Origin: a virus
Lineage: Duplodnaviria > Caudoviricetes
Length of the DNA: 40,773 nt
Direction: 5' to 3' (one strand)
Virus record (IMG/VR): IMGVR_UViG_3300033067_000161
Location: 1 to 40,773 of that record
Of this stretch, positions 28,465 to 36,438 are shown piece by piece. Numbering within the stretch: position 1 is the first letter of the stretch; each line of letters starts with the position of its first letter. The notes beneath the pieces are model-generated. The model ran no database searches, had not been told where the DNA came from, and worked only from the letters and a program-made list of their open reading frames with translations. The position numbers and the translations under genes were made by a program.

Positions 28465-29943
28465 TTATTCTTGGTAAATACCGCCATCGATATTTTGAGT
28501 TTGGTCAATTACAACCGATGAACCAGTTGACCATGCACTCGTTCTTCTGTAATCGATATAATCTGAGCCATCATCTGTACTTACTACACGCGCTTTTGGA
28601 GTGTTTGTATATGTATTAGAAGCCTGATAAATGACACTACCCAATCTTACAAATTCTGCAAAAGGAAGCCCTGTCATCATTGCAAATTCAGTGTTAGCTC
28701 CAGACCTAGCTGCTGATTTAGTTTGGTAAGTATTACCTAAGATAGCGACAATTGGATTATCAACATCATTGGTGGCTGCGATATGTACAAGCACGAACTG
28801 ATTATTTACTACTTCATCTAGTCGCCATACACCATCTAATTGATGATTATAGGCAGGTCTTGTGCCAGTATAGTACGGGACACTATTAGGTAAGATTAAG
28901 GCATAAGGGCTGATCGGAGATTTCGACCAGTTGTGTTCAGCTGTACCATAGCGATAATACACAGGTGCATTTAAAACTGTAGATAAGATTTGATCTTCAC
29001 CATCTACAATATCTATAATTAAATCTTCATCTGCAATCTGCCCAGAATCACATGCAAACTGAGCATGAGAATTTAGTGAACCTGATTGATCAACTTGGAA
29101 GTTGTATAGACCTAAGCCCTTACGGTATTGCGCACCTAATGTCAAATGCATGTGCTGATGTGTAGCACCATCCATTACCATTCCGTGACGCTCATCTGCA
29201 AAATATACATGTGTTTGAGTTTCAGATTTCCAGTATACGATAGAAACAAGAGCCTTCTGAAGGAATAACTCAGATGTAGGTAGCGTAGTATACTTTAATT
29301 GATTATCTGGATAATCGAAATAGATGAAGTATAGGTTGGATACATTAGGCAATTGAACTGATTCCGATTCCCTAGTAACTTCATTTGCATGTAACCAAAA
29401 AGAGAATTCCTTGTCTACAGCTGAAATTGTAAATGTTCTGTTTGCATCATTGAACTCAAGCTTACTGGTATCTCTTGTAGCAAAACCTGTCGGTTCATTC
29501 ATTGCCAATAAGGGGCGTAAATCATTTGACACGGTTACGTTCTGGCTAATAGTTTCCTTCGGGATTGGGTTCTTGGTTGTAACCCTGTTTCCGTCAGATA
29601 GCATTAGAACTAATCTGCCCGTCTTGTCAATATCTGCATCAACAATTGAAGTTTGTTCTGTAACTTTAGGTATTTCTGCCTTTGTGACAACCTCTGTATT
29701 TTGCTGATTAACTAAATCTTTAATTGCTTGAAGATGAGCTGGAAGTTTAGGAGCCACTGCTTTAGTAGTGGTTTTATTTTGTTTCTTCTCTTCAATCTTA
29801 ACAGCGCCTAAACCTGCGAAGATAGCTTCCTCTTCTGTTTGTCCTTTATCGAGAGCAGCATTGGCAACTTTTGCAAATAACTCTTTCAACTTAAGGGATT
29901 TCCCCTCCATAGCGGGAATAGTTTTGCTTGCGTTCCACGGCAT
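28465..29943 (-). CDS. Virion-associated protein with a ChaB-like N-terminal domain
   Basis: AAGGAG RBS supports the start at 29943. MPW.....P...K.....F..VAN.AL.....EE.AI.A..AVK; beta-rich C-half; ends IDGGIYQE. Confidence 0.65.
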   Translation of the reverse strand: MPWNASKTIPAMEGKSLKLKELFAKVANAALDKGQTEEEAIFAGLGAVKIEEKKQNKTTTKAVAPKLPAHLQAIKDLVNQQNTEVVTKAEIPKVTEQTSIVDADIDKTGRLVLMLSDGNRVTTKNPIPKETISQNVTVSNDLRPLLAMNEPTGFATRDTSKLEFNDANRTFTISAVDKEFSFWLHANEVTRESESVQLPNVSNLYFIYFDYPDNQLKYTTLPTSELFLQKALVSIVYWKSETQTHVYFADERHGMVMDGATHQHMHLTLGAQYRKGLGLYNFQVDQSGSLNSHAQFACDSGQIADEDLIIDIVDGEDQILSTVLNAPVYYRYGTAEHNWSKSPISPYALILPNSVPYYTGTRPAYNHQLDGVWRLDEVVNNQFVLVHIAATNDVDNPIVAILGNTYQTKSAARSGANTEFAMMTGLPFAEFVRLGSVIYQASNTYTNTPKARVVSTDDGSDYIDYRRTSAWSTGSSVVIDQTQNIDGGIYQE

Positions 29944-29966
29944 AAGTTCTCCTTTAAACAATAATA

Positions 29967-29987
29967 ACCCCGCTGTTTAGGCGGGGT
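29967..29987 (-). terminator. GC-rich hairpin downstream of the portal gene
   Basis: ACCCCGC..GCGGGGT-TATTATTGTTT on the minus strand. Confidence 0.5.
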
Positions 29988-29999
29988 GTTTATAGAACT

Positions 30000-30028
30000 A
30001 TTATATCATAAAAATAGTCATAATTCAA
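30000..30028 (-). promoter_or_regulatory. Sigma70-type promoter for the fibre cassette
   Basis: TTGAAT-17-TATAAT with extended -10. Confidence 0.7.
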
Positions 30029-30043
30029 GAGTAATTAGAAATA

Positions 30044-31522
30044 TTATCCAGCATTCTCAAGATTATTAGAACTTGTATCAGTGCCAGATGGGTTTGACGC
30101 AGTACCTTCACCAGCTGTTGCGAAACCGTCACCACTACGTGAAGTATTGGCTGGCATAGCATCTAGGTTAGGCTCTTCATCCTCAGGTAATGAATCGATA
30201 CCTACAGATTCACGTACACGGTTGAGTACATCACGATCAATCTCTAGCATGCCTGTACTTGCGTAACGTTGGATAGCTTTACTGAATGATTCTAAATCTT
30301 CTGTCTGAATATTATCAAAGTCCATGTAACCCATACGAGAGGTATCCCACCCGTTTAGCTCATAGGTTTGACGAATTAAGTCGTCATTGATAACTTGCGT
30401 AATTTTCTTGAGCATGGATTCTGCAGCAGAACCAGATAATGAACTCTTAATCTGACCTAATGCAAAAGAGCCACCACCAGTTTGACCCATAGTTAGTAAG
30501 TCAGCAAATAAAGAGGTGAGAATTAAATTCTTGTAATACTCTTTAATCTTGGTTGTGTCCATTGCCTTGCTACCATTCAAGCTTAGTAACTCTAAACTGA
30601 ATAAAGGCTGGCGCGTATCTTGATCATAAGCTTGCGGTAAGATTAATGCAGATTGCTGATTAACCTGAAGGTTACGCATTACATTTTCGTAATATGCACG
30701 AATAGCTTTCTGATCTGGAGAAGCATCAGCGGCAAGATATTGCGGTGGTAACTTAAGAACGGGTAATCCAGCTAAATCTTTAGCAACACCGTTAGCTTCA
30801 ATCTCTTCGATAACACTTAGGAATCGCCATGCTAAGTAAGCATCACGTAATGGTGATTTACCGTATGGGTCACCCTTGTGCTTACCTGCGCGAAATAGCA
30901 TGATCTTGCTACGTGGTAGCACGACAGCCTGATTTGAGCGTTGTGAATAACGGTTATAAGGGTCGCTGACCTGTGTAAGGTCTTGACGAACACCAATAAT
31001 TTCGTTACCATCGTCAGAAAATACAAAACGTTGAATTGTCTCTTGGTTTCTGATCGGTAGTTTCTTCCAGCCGATCAAACCATCATTATATTTAGAACCA
31101 TTTTCTTTGGTACGTCTACGATACACTTTCTCATGCACTGAAAAGCCATAGACATTAGAACTTAAAGCTTCACTAATAAAATCTGACCATGTTTGACCTT
31201 GTAGATCGTTCATCATTTCATTTATGATTCGAGCTTGGTCTAGTTCGGTTGCAGTAGCATCTTTAGGTGCTTTAAATTTCCAATCAGCCTTACTAACTAA
31301 TGTATCAAATAATGTTAAAGCAGAATTAATAGTCCCATGATAAGACATTTGCTTGTAGGTTTGGATACTATTAGGAAAGTTTAATTCTTTCTTGATTTCG
31401 TCTTGAGTAACACCAGCATATACATTTAAACCTAAGTAGCCAGCTTCCGACATTTTAAATCGTTCTGGTGTATCGCCCATAGTGGCTTTTTCAATAGTCT
31501 CTTGTTTCTTTGGTCGTGCCAT
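30044..31522 (-). CDS. Portal protein
   Basis: YGFS.HE.VY, P.G.SPL..AY..W, EA.GV.KDL.G.P, GSFAL; follows the large terminase. Confidence 0.9.
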   Translation of the reverse strand: MARPKKQETIEKATMGDTPERFKMSEAGYLGLNVYAGVTQDEIKKELNFPNSIQTYKQMSYHGTINSALTLFDTLVSKADWKFKAPKDATATELDQARIINEMMNDLQGQTWSDFISEALSSNVYGFSVHEKVYRRRTKENGSKYNDGLIGWKKLPIRNQETIQRFVFSDDGNEIIGVRQDLTQVSDPYNRYSQRSNQAVVLPRSKIMLFRAGKHKGDPYGKSPLRDAYLAWRFLSVIEEIEANGVAKDLAGLPVLKLPPQYLAADASPDQKAIRAYYENVMRNLQVNQQSALILPQAYDQDTRQPLFSLELLSLNGSKAMDTTKIKEYYKNLILTSLFADLLTMGQTGGGSFALGQIKSSLSGSAAESMLKKITQVINDDLIRQTYELNGWDTSRMGYMDFDNIQTEDLESFSKAIQRYASTGMLEIDRDVLNRVRESVGIDSLPEDEEPNLDAMPANTSRSGDGFATAGEGTASNPSGTDTSSNNLENAG

Positions 31523-31537
31523 TCAAAGGCTCCTTAG

Positions 31538-33004
31538 TTAAAGTCCGATAGTTGTGAATTGTGGCATTGATAGTGTCTGTGAAGGCATACTATCAAAGGG
31601 GTTACTTCCAGTTAAATCTGGCAGTGAAAAGATTGGTAATGAATGCTCTTTATTGAGAAGTAGCATACAGTCGCTACAACAGTCTACTTGGTCATCCTTT
31701 TTCTTAGGGTCACCATCGAAAACCTCCAACTCATCAAAGAAATCTTTATTCCAGTTAGCTTTTACAATATTTACGAAGCCAGCTTGAGCTAAACTAGAAA
31801 ATGGAGCAAAACGAGTAATCTTAGATTTAACTGGCTTAGTTAATCGACATACGAAACCCATCTCAGCTAATTTACGTTGTAAGTCCTTAGCATAAGCACC
31901 AGCGGCTGCAGCAGGGTCTAGTGGAATTGAGATAATTACACCTTGACCATCATGTAATGCAGTTTGAAAGATTAGTTTCTCTACTTCATGCACCCTGTCA
32001 CGCAAGGACACAACATCTTCTACAGTATAAACTTTTGCATCATCCTTAGACACTAAAACTCCGCGAGTCCAGTCAGGATTAGGGTATTGCTCAGAAGGCT
32101 TGCTAAAGGCGAAATCCCACGCTCTAACTCGCTGCTTGGCCCTACCATTAGGCAGGTCAACTAAGCCACACCACTCACGTTTAAACAGCCCTGCTGACTC
32201 CATACGAGCATACCATGAGCCATCCAGCAATCTTTCCTTCTCTACACGAGGTAAAGACATTAAACGACTAATGTAGTCTGGTTGTGCTTTTAGAAGTGGA
32301 GGGTTGTCCCGACAAGTAGCACCAATAAACGTAAATGAACTGATACCAGATTCATCACCCTTACCGTGGATTGACTCTGCTTCGTTTAAACTATCGTACC
32401 AAAGCATTGTATTACCTTGACGGAAGAAGAAACGTTTGTCCCCTGTCTTTTCTGGTAATGGAATGCCTGTCTGAGGGTCTAGGTAATAATCCTCTAGCCA
32501 ATGACGTAAGAAACTATTATAATCAGGGTTAGTCATTAAAAACATTTGAGGTGTATAATCTACGTAGGCATTTCGCATACGTGAAAGTAAATATACTACC
32601 ATCTCTTCTTCGAAGTCGGTTGCTTCATCAAAAATGACTAAACTATACTGACCACCTTTGTGATCATACATGTTCATTGCGTGTTGCATGTGGCTGAACT
32701 TTAATAAAGCGCCATTAGGAAACACAAGTTCTAGTTCTCTGGTCCTAATTCTCAGATTAGGGTAAAGGCTGGTGTAAAGGTTTACGGCTTCGTGCCAGAT
32801 ACTACCGGGTGCAGTTAGCATCTTAGAAGTCCTACGGAAAATAACTCCCGTTGCTCTAGGATGCTGCATAAATTTTAAGGCAATAAGTAAAGCAGTATAA
32901 GTTTTACCTGAACCCGCTGCTCCACCCGCTAATGTAATAGTGGCATCACTATTTAAAAACATCTCTTGCTTTTTGGATGCTGGTCCGATAACTACTTGAC
33001 TCAT
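31538..33004 (-). CDS. terL: Terminase large subunit
   Basis: Walker A GGAAGSGKT, Walker B VIFDEA, TNP, nuclease WDFA...DDQVD. Confidence 0.95.
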   Translation of the reverse strand: MSQVVIGPASKKQEMFLNSDATITLAGGAAGSGKTYTALLIALKFMQHPRATGVIFRRTSKMLTAPGSIWHEAVNLYTSLYPNLRIRTRELELVFPNGALLKFSHMQHAMNMYDHKGGQYSLVIFDEATDFEEEMVVYLLSRMRNAYVDYTPQMFLMTNPDYNSFLRHWLEDYYLDPQTGIPLPEKTGDKRFFFRQGNTMLWYDSLNEAESIHGKGDESGISSFTFIGATCRDNPPLLKAQPDYISRLMSLPRVEKERLLDGSWYARMESAGLFKREWCGLVDLPNGRAKQRVRAWDFAFSKPSEQYPNPDWTRGVLVSKDDAKVYTVEDVVSLRDRVHEVEKLIFQTALHDGQGVIISIPLDPAAAAGAYAKDLQRKLAEMGFVCRLTKPVKSKITRFAPFSSLAQAGFVNIVKANWNKDFFDELEVFDGDPKKKDDQVDCCSDCMLLLNKEHSLPIFSLPDLTGSNPFDSMPSQTLSMPQFTTIGL

Positions 33005-33013
33005 TTAATTCCT

Positions 33014-33361
33014 TTAGGTATTTTCGTTCACTACTTTAAGAGAAAAGATAGGAGCATTCTGTTGTTGAATCTCAGTACCCTCTGTCTCTTCCGCATCATC
33101 ACCGTCATAAACGTCTAATGTAAGTCTACGGTAGTTGTCTAATAAAATAGTTGCGGCTTTTAATTGGTTCTGATGACTAGCTTCTTTATTCTGCATAATA
33201 TCTGCAGCAGAAGCAATCGCCTTAGCTACGTGAGGTTTAATCTTGCGTAATAGCATAATTAATTCACGTTCTTTTAGATCACGGTTAGTTGGTTTATCTA
33301 ATGCGTTAATCTTTTTAGGGCGACCGTTAGGATTACCCGATTTACCTTTTTCGAAGGCCAT
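33014..33361 (-). CDS. terS: Terminase small subunit (putative)
   Basis: N-terminal FEKGKSGNPNGRPK; immediately upstream of terL. Confidence 0.75.
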   Translation of the reverse strand: MAFEKGKSGNPNGRPKKINALDKPTNRDLKERELIMLLRKIKPHVAKAIASAADIMQNKEASHQNQLKAATILLDNYRRLTLDVYDGDDAEETEGTEIQQQNAPIFSLKVVNENT

Positions 33362-33371
33362 ATATTCTCCT

Positions 33372-33398
33372 TGAATTAGTTCTGGTTACGATTCCAGA
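33372..33398 (-). repeat. Conserved hairpin motif, copy 1
   Basis: TCTGG-AATCGTAA-CCAGA-ACTAATTCA; second copy at 37672-37698. Confidence 0.7.
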
Positions 33399-33547
33399 GT
33401 GCGCTTTTCGTAGCACCGCAAACAATACGCTGTGTCCTTTGCAGACTTATTTGGCAATAAGCCCCTAGAGTGTTACTTCCATGTTACCTCGCAACAGATT
33501 CGAGGGACGCCTAAAACCGAGGTGACTTCGGACCTAAGGTAGGTTCT

Positions 33548-33844
33548 TTATCCAGCTAGATTCTCATCTTCTGGTTTATCTGCTAGTTTCTCTGCCACTG
33601 CACCTGCAGCTTTACGACCAGAGATACCACCTAATGTACCAACACCCATGAAGGCAATAGCTTTTAAGATTTCAAGGAAGATTGCATCGATTGGTGCTAA
33701 CACTGTAGATTGGTCTTCGAAGGCAATAGCCCACATAACACCCATAGCAATTAAAAATACCATAGTAGTGATTGCTTTAACTACGAAAGCCCATACACGG
33801 ACTTCAATTTGATCGGCAGTCATGCCTTTATAACTATCTAACAT
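33548..33844 (-). CDS. Two-TM membrane protein (holin-like)
   Basis: Two hydrophobic helices and a charged C-terminus; AAGGA RBS. Confidence 0.65.
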   Translation of the reverse strand: MLDSYKGMTADQIEVRVWAFVVKAITTMVFLIAMGVMWAIAFEDQSTVLAPIDAIFLEILKAIAFMGVGTLGGISGRKAAGAVAEKLADKPEDENLAG

Positions 33845-33851
33845 ATTATCC

Positions 33852-34172
33852 TTAGTTTTTAGATTTATCTATTTGTTTTAAAAGTTGTTCGTTATACTTG
33901 ATCATATCTTCAAGTTTTTCAACTTTGGCAGTCCATTGCTTATCACGTACTTCCATCTTGTAGTTATTCCTATCGGTAGTGATATACATATCAACTAATG
34001 GTGGAACTACAAGTAGTAGAGCTATTACAGCCGTTGCAGCTGCAATTATCGCAATTATCGATGAGTTATTAGCCTTATCCATATTGCCCATATTTCTGCC
34101 AGAAACACTATTACTAGAAATACCGTAACCAGTTCCAGCTTTATTTGATTTTGTAGTTGCTCTCGTAGCCAT
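33852..34172 (-). CDS. Membrane-anchored coiled-coil protein; start uncertain
   Basis: IIAIIAAATAVIALLLVVPP helix followed by a coiled coil; alternative ATGs at 34091 and 34082. Confidence 0.6.
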   Translation of the reverse strand: MATRATTKSNKAGTGYGISSNSVSGRNMGNMDKANNSSIIAIIAAATAVIALLLVVPPLVDMYITTDRNNYKMEVRDKQWTAKVEKLEDMIKYNEQLLKQIDKSKN

Positions 34173-34783
34173 CGCTCACCAGCCGCTTTCTTACGCTTTT
34201 CTATATCTGCTAACGCTTGCTGTTCTTGAATAATACCGACACGCTTAACAACCTTAGTGTATAAGTCCCCTAATTCTGGAGGACTCTGATAGACCATAGT
34301 TTCACGAATAGTTACTTGCAATTTTTGTATCTCAATCGTTGCATATTCAATATCAATTGCAGAACTCATAAGCTCTTGATAACCTTGAGACTCTAAAGAT
34401 TTAGATTCTGCCTCTGCCAATTTAGCTTGCAACTGAGACATGCAACCAAAGAATATTTTTAGTTGTTCAATGAGTCCGATTACAATAGATAGTTCATCTA
34501 TTTGCTCTAACTCTTGAACAGGTTTCTTTTTCTTCTTAGTTGGTTCATTTGGCAACGAATCTAAGGCAAGATCAACTATCTTAGGGAGTTCTTTCTTTTT
34601 CTTAGGAAAGATTTTCTCCCACATAAATTTCCAAACACTGGTAACTTCTTTAGAAATACCCTTGACTTCATCAAAGGTTTTCTTTGCTTTAATTACCGTA
34701 CCTTTATACTCTTTGTATAATTCGCAGCCTTGCTGAATAGCCGATACTGCAGCATTGGCTGCAGCTAGGATAGCGAGAGGCAT
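34055..34783 (-). CDS. Coiled-coil protein with C-terminal TM helix
   Basis: 242 aa, helical; ends LVTVFLVIVFLAEIWAIWI. Confidence 0.75.
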   Translation of the reverse strand: MPLAILAAANAAVSAIQQGCELYKEYKGTVIKAKKTFDEVKGISKEVTSVWKFMWEKIFPKKKKELPKIVDLALDSLPNEPTKKKKKPVQELEQIDELSIVIGLIEQLKIFFGCMSQLQAKLAEAESKSLESQGYQELMSSAIDIEYATIEIQKLQVTIRETMVYQSPPELGDLYTKVVKRVGIIQEQQALADIEKRKKAAGERWLREQLQNQIKLELVTVFLVIVFLAEIWAIWIRLITHR

Positions 34784-34794
34784 AGGTTACCCCT

Positions 34795-35121
34795 TTATTT
34801 AGGATATTTAGCCTTTACAGCCAAGCACTGAGCAATATAGGCATCAACTTGATCTTGATCACCCTTAACAATACCGTCTAAGTAGTCTTGGATTGGTGGA
34901 TATTCGTAAGCTCTTTTCTCTGCATAAGTTTGATTTACAAGTACTGGTTCAACAAGTACTGGTACACCGTTATCATCTGCTAAAATCTGCTTACCTTGAG
35001 CTTGACCGTCAAAAAGTTCATCATAGTACTGTTTAGTAATTTGTACAGCATCTTCTGGAATATTATCGCCGTGAATATCTTGGGTATAGAAGCCACCTGT
35101 GGCTTTTGAATAGAAAAACAT
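34795..35121 (-). CDS. Tail fibre assembly chaperone (Tfa-like)
   Basis: FYS....GFY...IHG..IP.DAV.IT...Y..L..GQ..GK.I..D..G.P.L. Confidence 0.8.
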   Translation of the reverse strand: MFFYSKATGGFYTQDIHGDNIPEDAVQITKQYYDELFDGQAQGKQILADDNGVPVLVEPVLVNQTYAEKRAYEYPPIQDYLDGIVKGDQDQVDAYIAQCLAVKAKYPK

Positions 35122-35133
35122 ATATCTCCTTTA

Positions 35134-35499
35134 TTAATAGCCGATAGCTATGTACATTGTTTGTGCCCGTGGGTTAGACCCGCCGATACGTTGTGTTACA
35201 ACTACAAATGAAGCTGCTGAGGCTGATACAACATTATTACTTAAACCACAGTTTAATTCTGTAGGTCCATAAGTTCTCGCTGAAACTTGCCAGCATGCAT
35301 TCGGAAAAGCAATTGGAAATGAAGTTGTTAAGTACGCTCCGCTACTATTACTACCACCTGTTTGAGCTGTGCGACCCCATTGAATTATGATGCCACTAGG
35401 TAGCTTAACATACCCTGCTGCAGCGTTGGACGTAACTCCCGCAGAATTATTGACTGTACCATCACTAAAATTTATACCTGAAGCGGTAAGTGTAGCCAT
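35134..35499 (-). CDS. Stand-alone fibre-tip domain (gp53-like), paralogue A
   Basis: GYVKLPSGIIIQWG...FPIAFPNAC...YIAIGY. Confidence 0.8.
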   Translation of the reverse strand: MATLTASGINFSDGTVNNSAGVTSNAAAGYVKLPSGIIIQWGRTAQTGGSNSSGAYLTTSFPIAFPNACWQVSARTYGPTELNCGLSNNVVSASAASFVVVTQRIGGSNPRAQTMYIAIGY

Positions 35500-35508
35500 A
35501 TTATCTCC

Positions 35509-35874
35509 TTAATATCCAATAGCAATCCAGCTAAACTGTGCCCTAGGGTTACTACCACCGTAGCGTTGTGTTACAATTACAAAAGTTGAGTTTGTATAAG
35601 AAACTACGTTATTGGATAAAGCATTGTTCAATTCAGTTGGTGCATAAGCTACACCAGAAATTTGCCAACACGCATTAGGAAATGCAATTGGATATGAAGA
35701 TGTTAGATAAGCGCCTGAGCCGTTACTACCACCTGTTTGAGCTGTGCGACCCCATTGAATTATGATGCCACTAGGTAGCTTAACATACCCTGCTGCAGCG
35801 TTGGAAGTAGTGCCAGCTGAGTTTTGAATTGTACCATCACTAAAATTTATACCTGAAGCGGTAAGTGTAGCCAT
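35509..35874 (-). CDS. Stand-alone fibre-tip domain (gp53-like), paralogue B
   Basis: Same motifs; tandem duplicate with a 375-bp offset. Confidence 0.8.
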   Translation of the reverse strand: MATLTASGINFSDGTIQNSAGTTSNAAAGYVKLPSGIIIQWGRTAQTGGSNGSGAYLTSSYPIAFPNACWQISGVAYAPTELNNALSNNVVSYTNSTFVIVTQRYGGSNPRAQFSWIAIGY

Positions 35875-35929
35875 ATTATCTCCTGAGATTAAAAGTATAG
35901 GCTAATGCCTAAGATATATATATATAAAT

Positions 35930-36007
35930 TGGTCCGTTCTGTAGGATTTGAACCTACGATATCTCGGCCCCAAACCGAGTGACTTAACCAGACTAGCCTA
36001 AAAACGG
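35930..36007 (-). tRNA. tRNA-Pro(TGG)
   Basis: Cloverleaf folded by hand: CTCGG-TT TGG GG-CCGAG, TTCAAAT T-loop, encoded CCA. Confidence 0.9.
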
Positions 36008-36017
36008 ATATTGTATT

Positions 36018-36105
36018 TGGAGGATGAGGTGAGATTCGAACTCACGGACCCTTTCGGACCAACAGGGTTCAAGCCTGTCGCAATCGACCACTCTGCCACC
36101 CATCC
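36018..36105 (-). tRNA. tRNA-Ser(TGA)
   Basis: ACAGG-CT TGA AC-CCTGT, long variable arm, CCA. Confidence 0.9.
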
Positions 36106-36111
36106 TTGATT

Positions 36112-36201
36112 TGGCGGGTAGTGTAGGATTTGAACCTACGAGCCACGTTAGCGGCTTAAGGGTTAGCAACCCTCTGCAATCGGCCTCTCTGCCAACCACC
36201 C
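36112..36201 (-). tRNA. tRNA-Ser(GCT)
   Basis: GAGGG-TT GCT AA-CCCTT, long variable arm, G73, CCA. Confidence 0.9.
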
Positions 36202-36278
36202 TAAATTATTTAGATACGAGGAATTTTCTCTGCGTATCCTGAGCCTTCATTCTTCATAAACACTCCTGTATGTTATAT

Positions 36279-36355
36279 TGGCGAACCGAGAAGGAATCGA
36301 ACCTCCAACCTTCGGATTTGGAATCCACTGCTCTGCCTAGTTGAGCTATCGGAAC
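36279..36355 (-). tRNA. tRNA-Trp(CCA) with mismatched stems
   Basis: GGA-TT CCA AA-TCC; good D and T arms; two U-U pairs in the acceptor stem. Confidence 0.75.
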
Positions 36356-36363
36356 GAATTAAA

Positions 36364-36435
36364 TACACACCGTATTTACCGCTATACGACCTGACTCAAA
36401 AGATTTGGATGGGTTCTGACCCCATGTAGTGTGTA
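36364..36435 (-). ncRNA. Candidate structured cloverleaf-like RNA
   Basis: Closing stem TACACAC/GTGTGTA encloses ATGGG/CCCAT and CGTAT/ATACG hairpins. Confidence 0.4.
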
Positions 36436-36438
36436 ATT

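Noticed and set aside
7230-31787. Numerous short + strand ORFs opposite the structural genes (e.g. 7230, 17431, 26394, 28203)
   Set aside because: Antisense shadows of codon-biased genes, with no recognisable motifs.
770-33004. Introns or inteins in nrdA, nrdB or terL
   Set aside because: All three are uninterrupted and of compact, normal length.
35134-35874. Diversity-generating retroelement TR/VR pair
   Set aside because: Differences between the copies are not adenine-specific, both are intact ORFs, and no reverse transcriptase is in the window.
35904-35926. Short (AT)n run after the tRNA cluster
   Set aside because: Unremarkable in an AT-rich genome.
35993-36199. 68-aa ORF on the minus strand
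   Set aside because: It lies over tRNA-Ser genes and is spurious.
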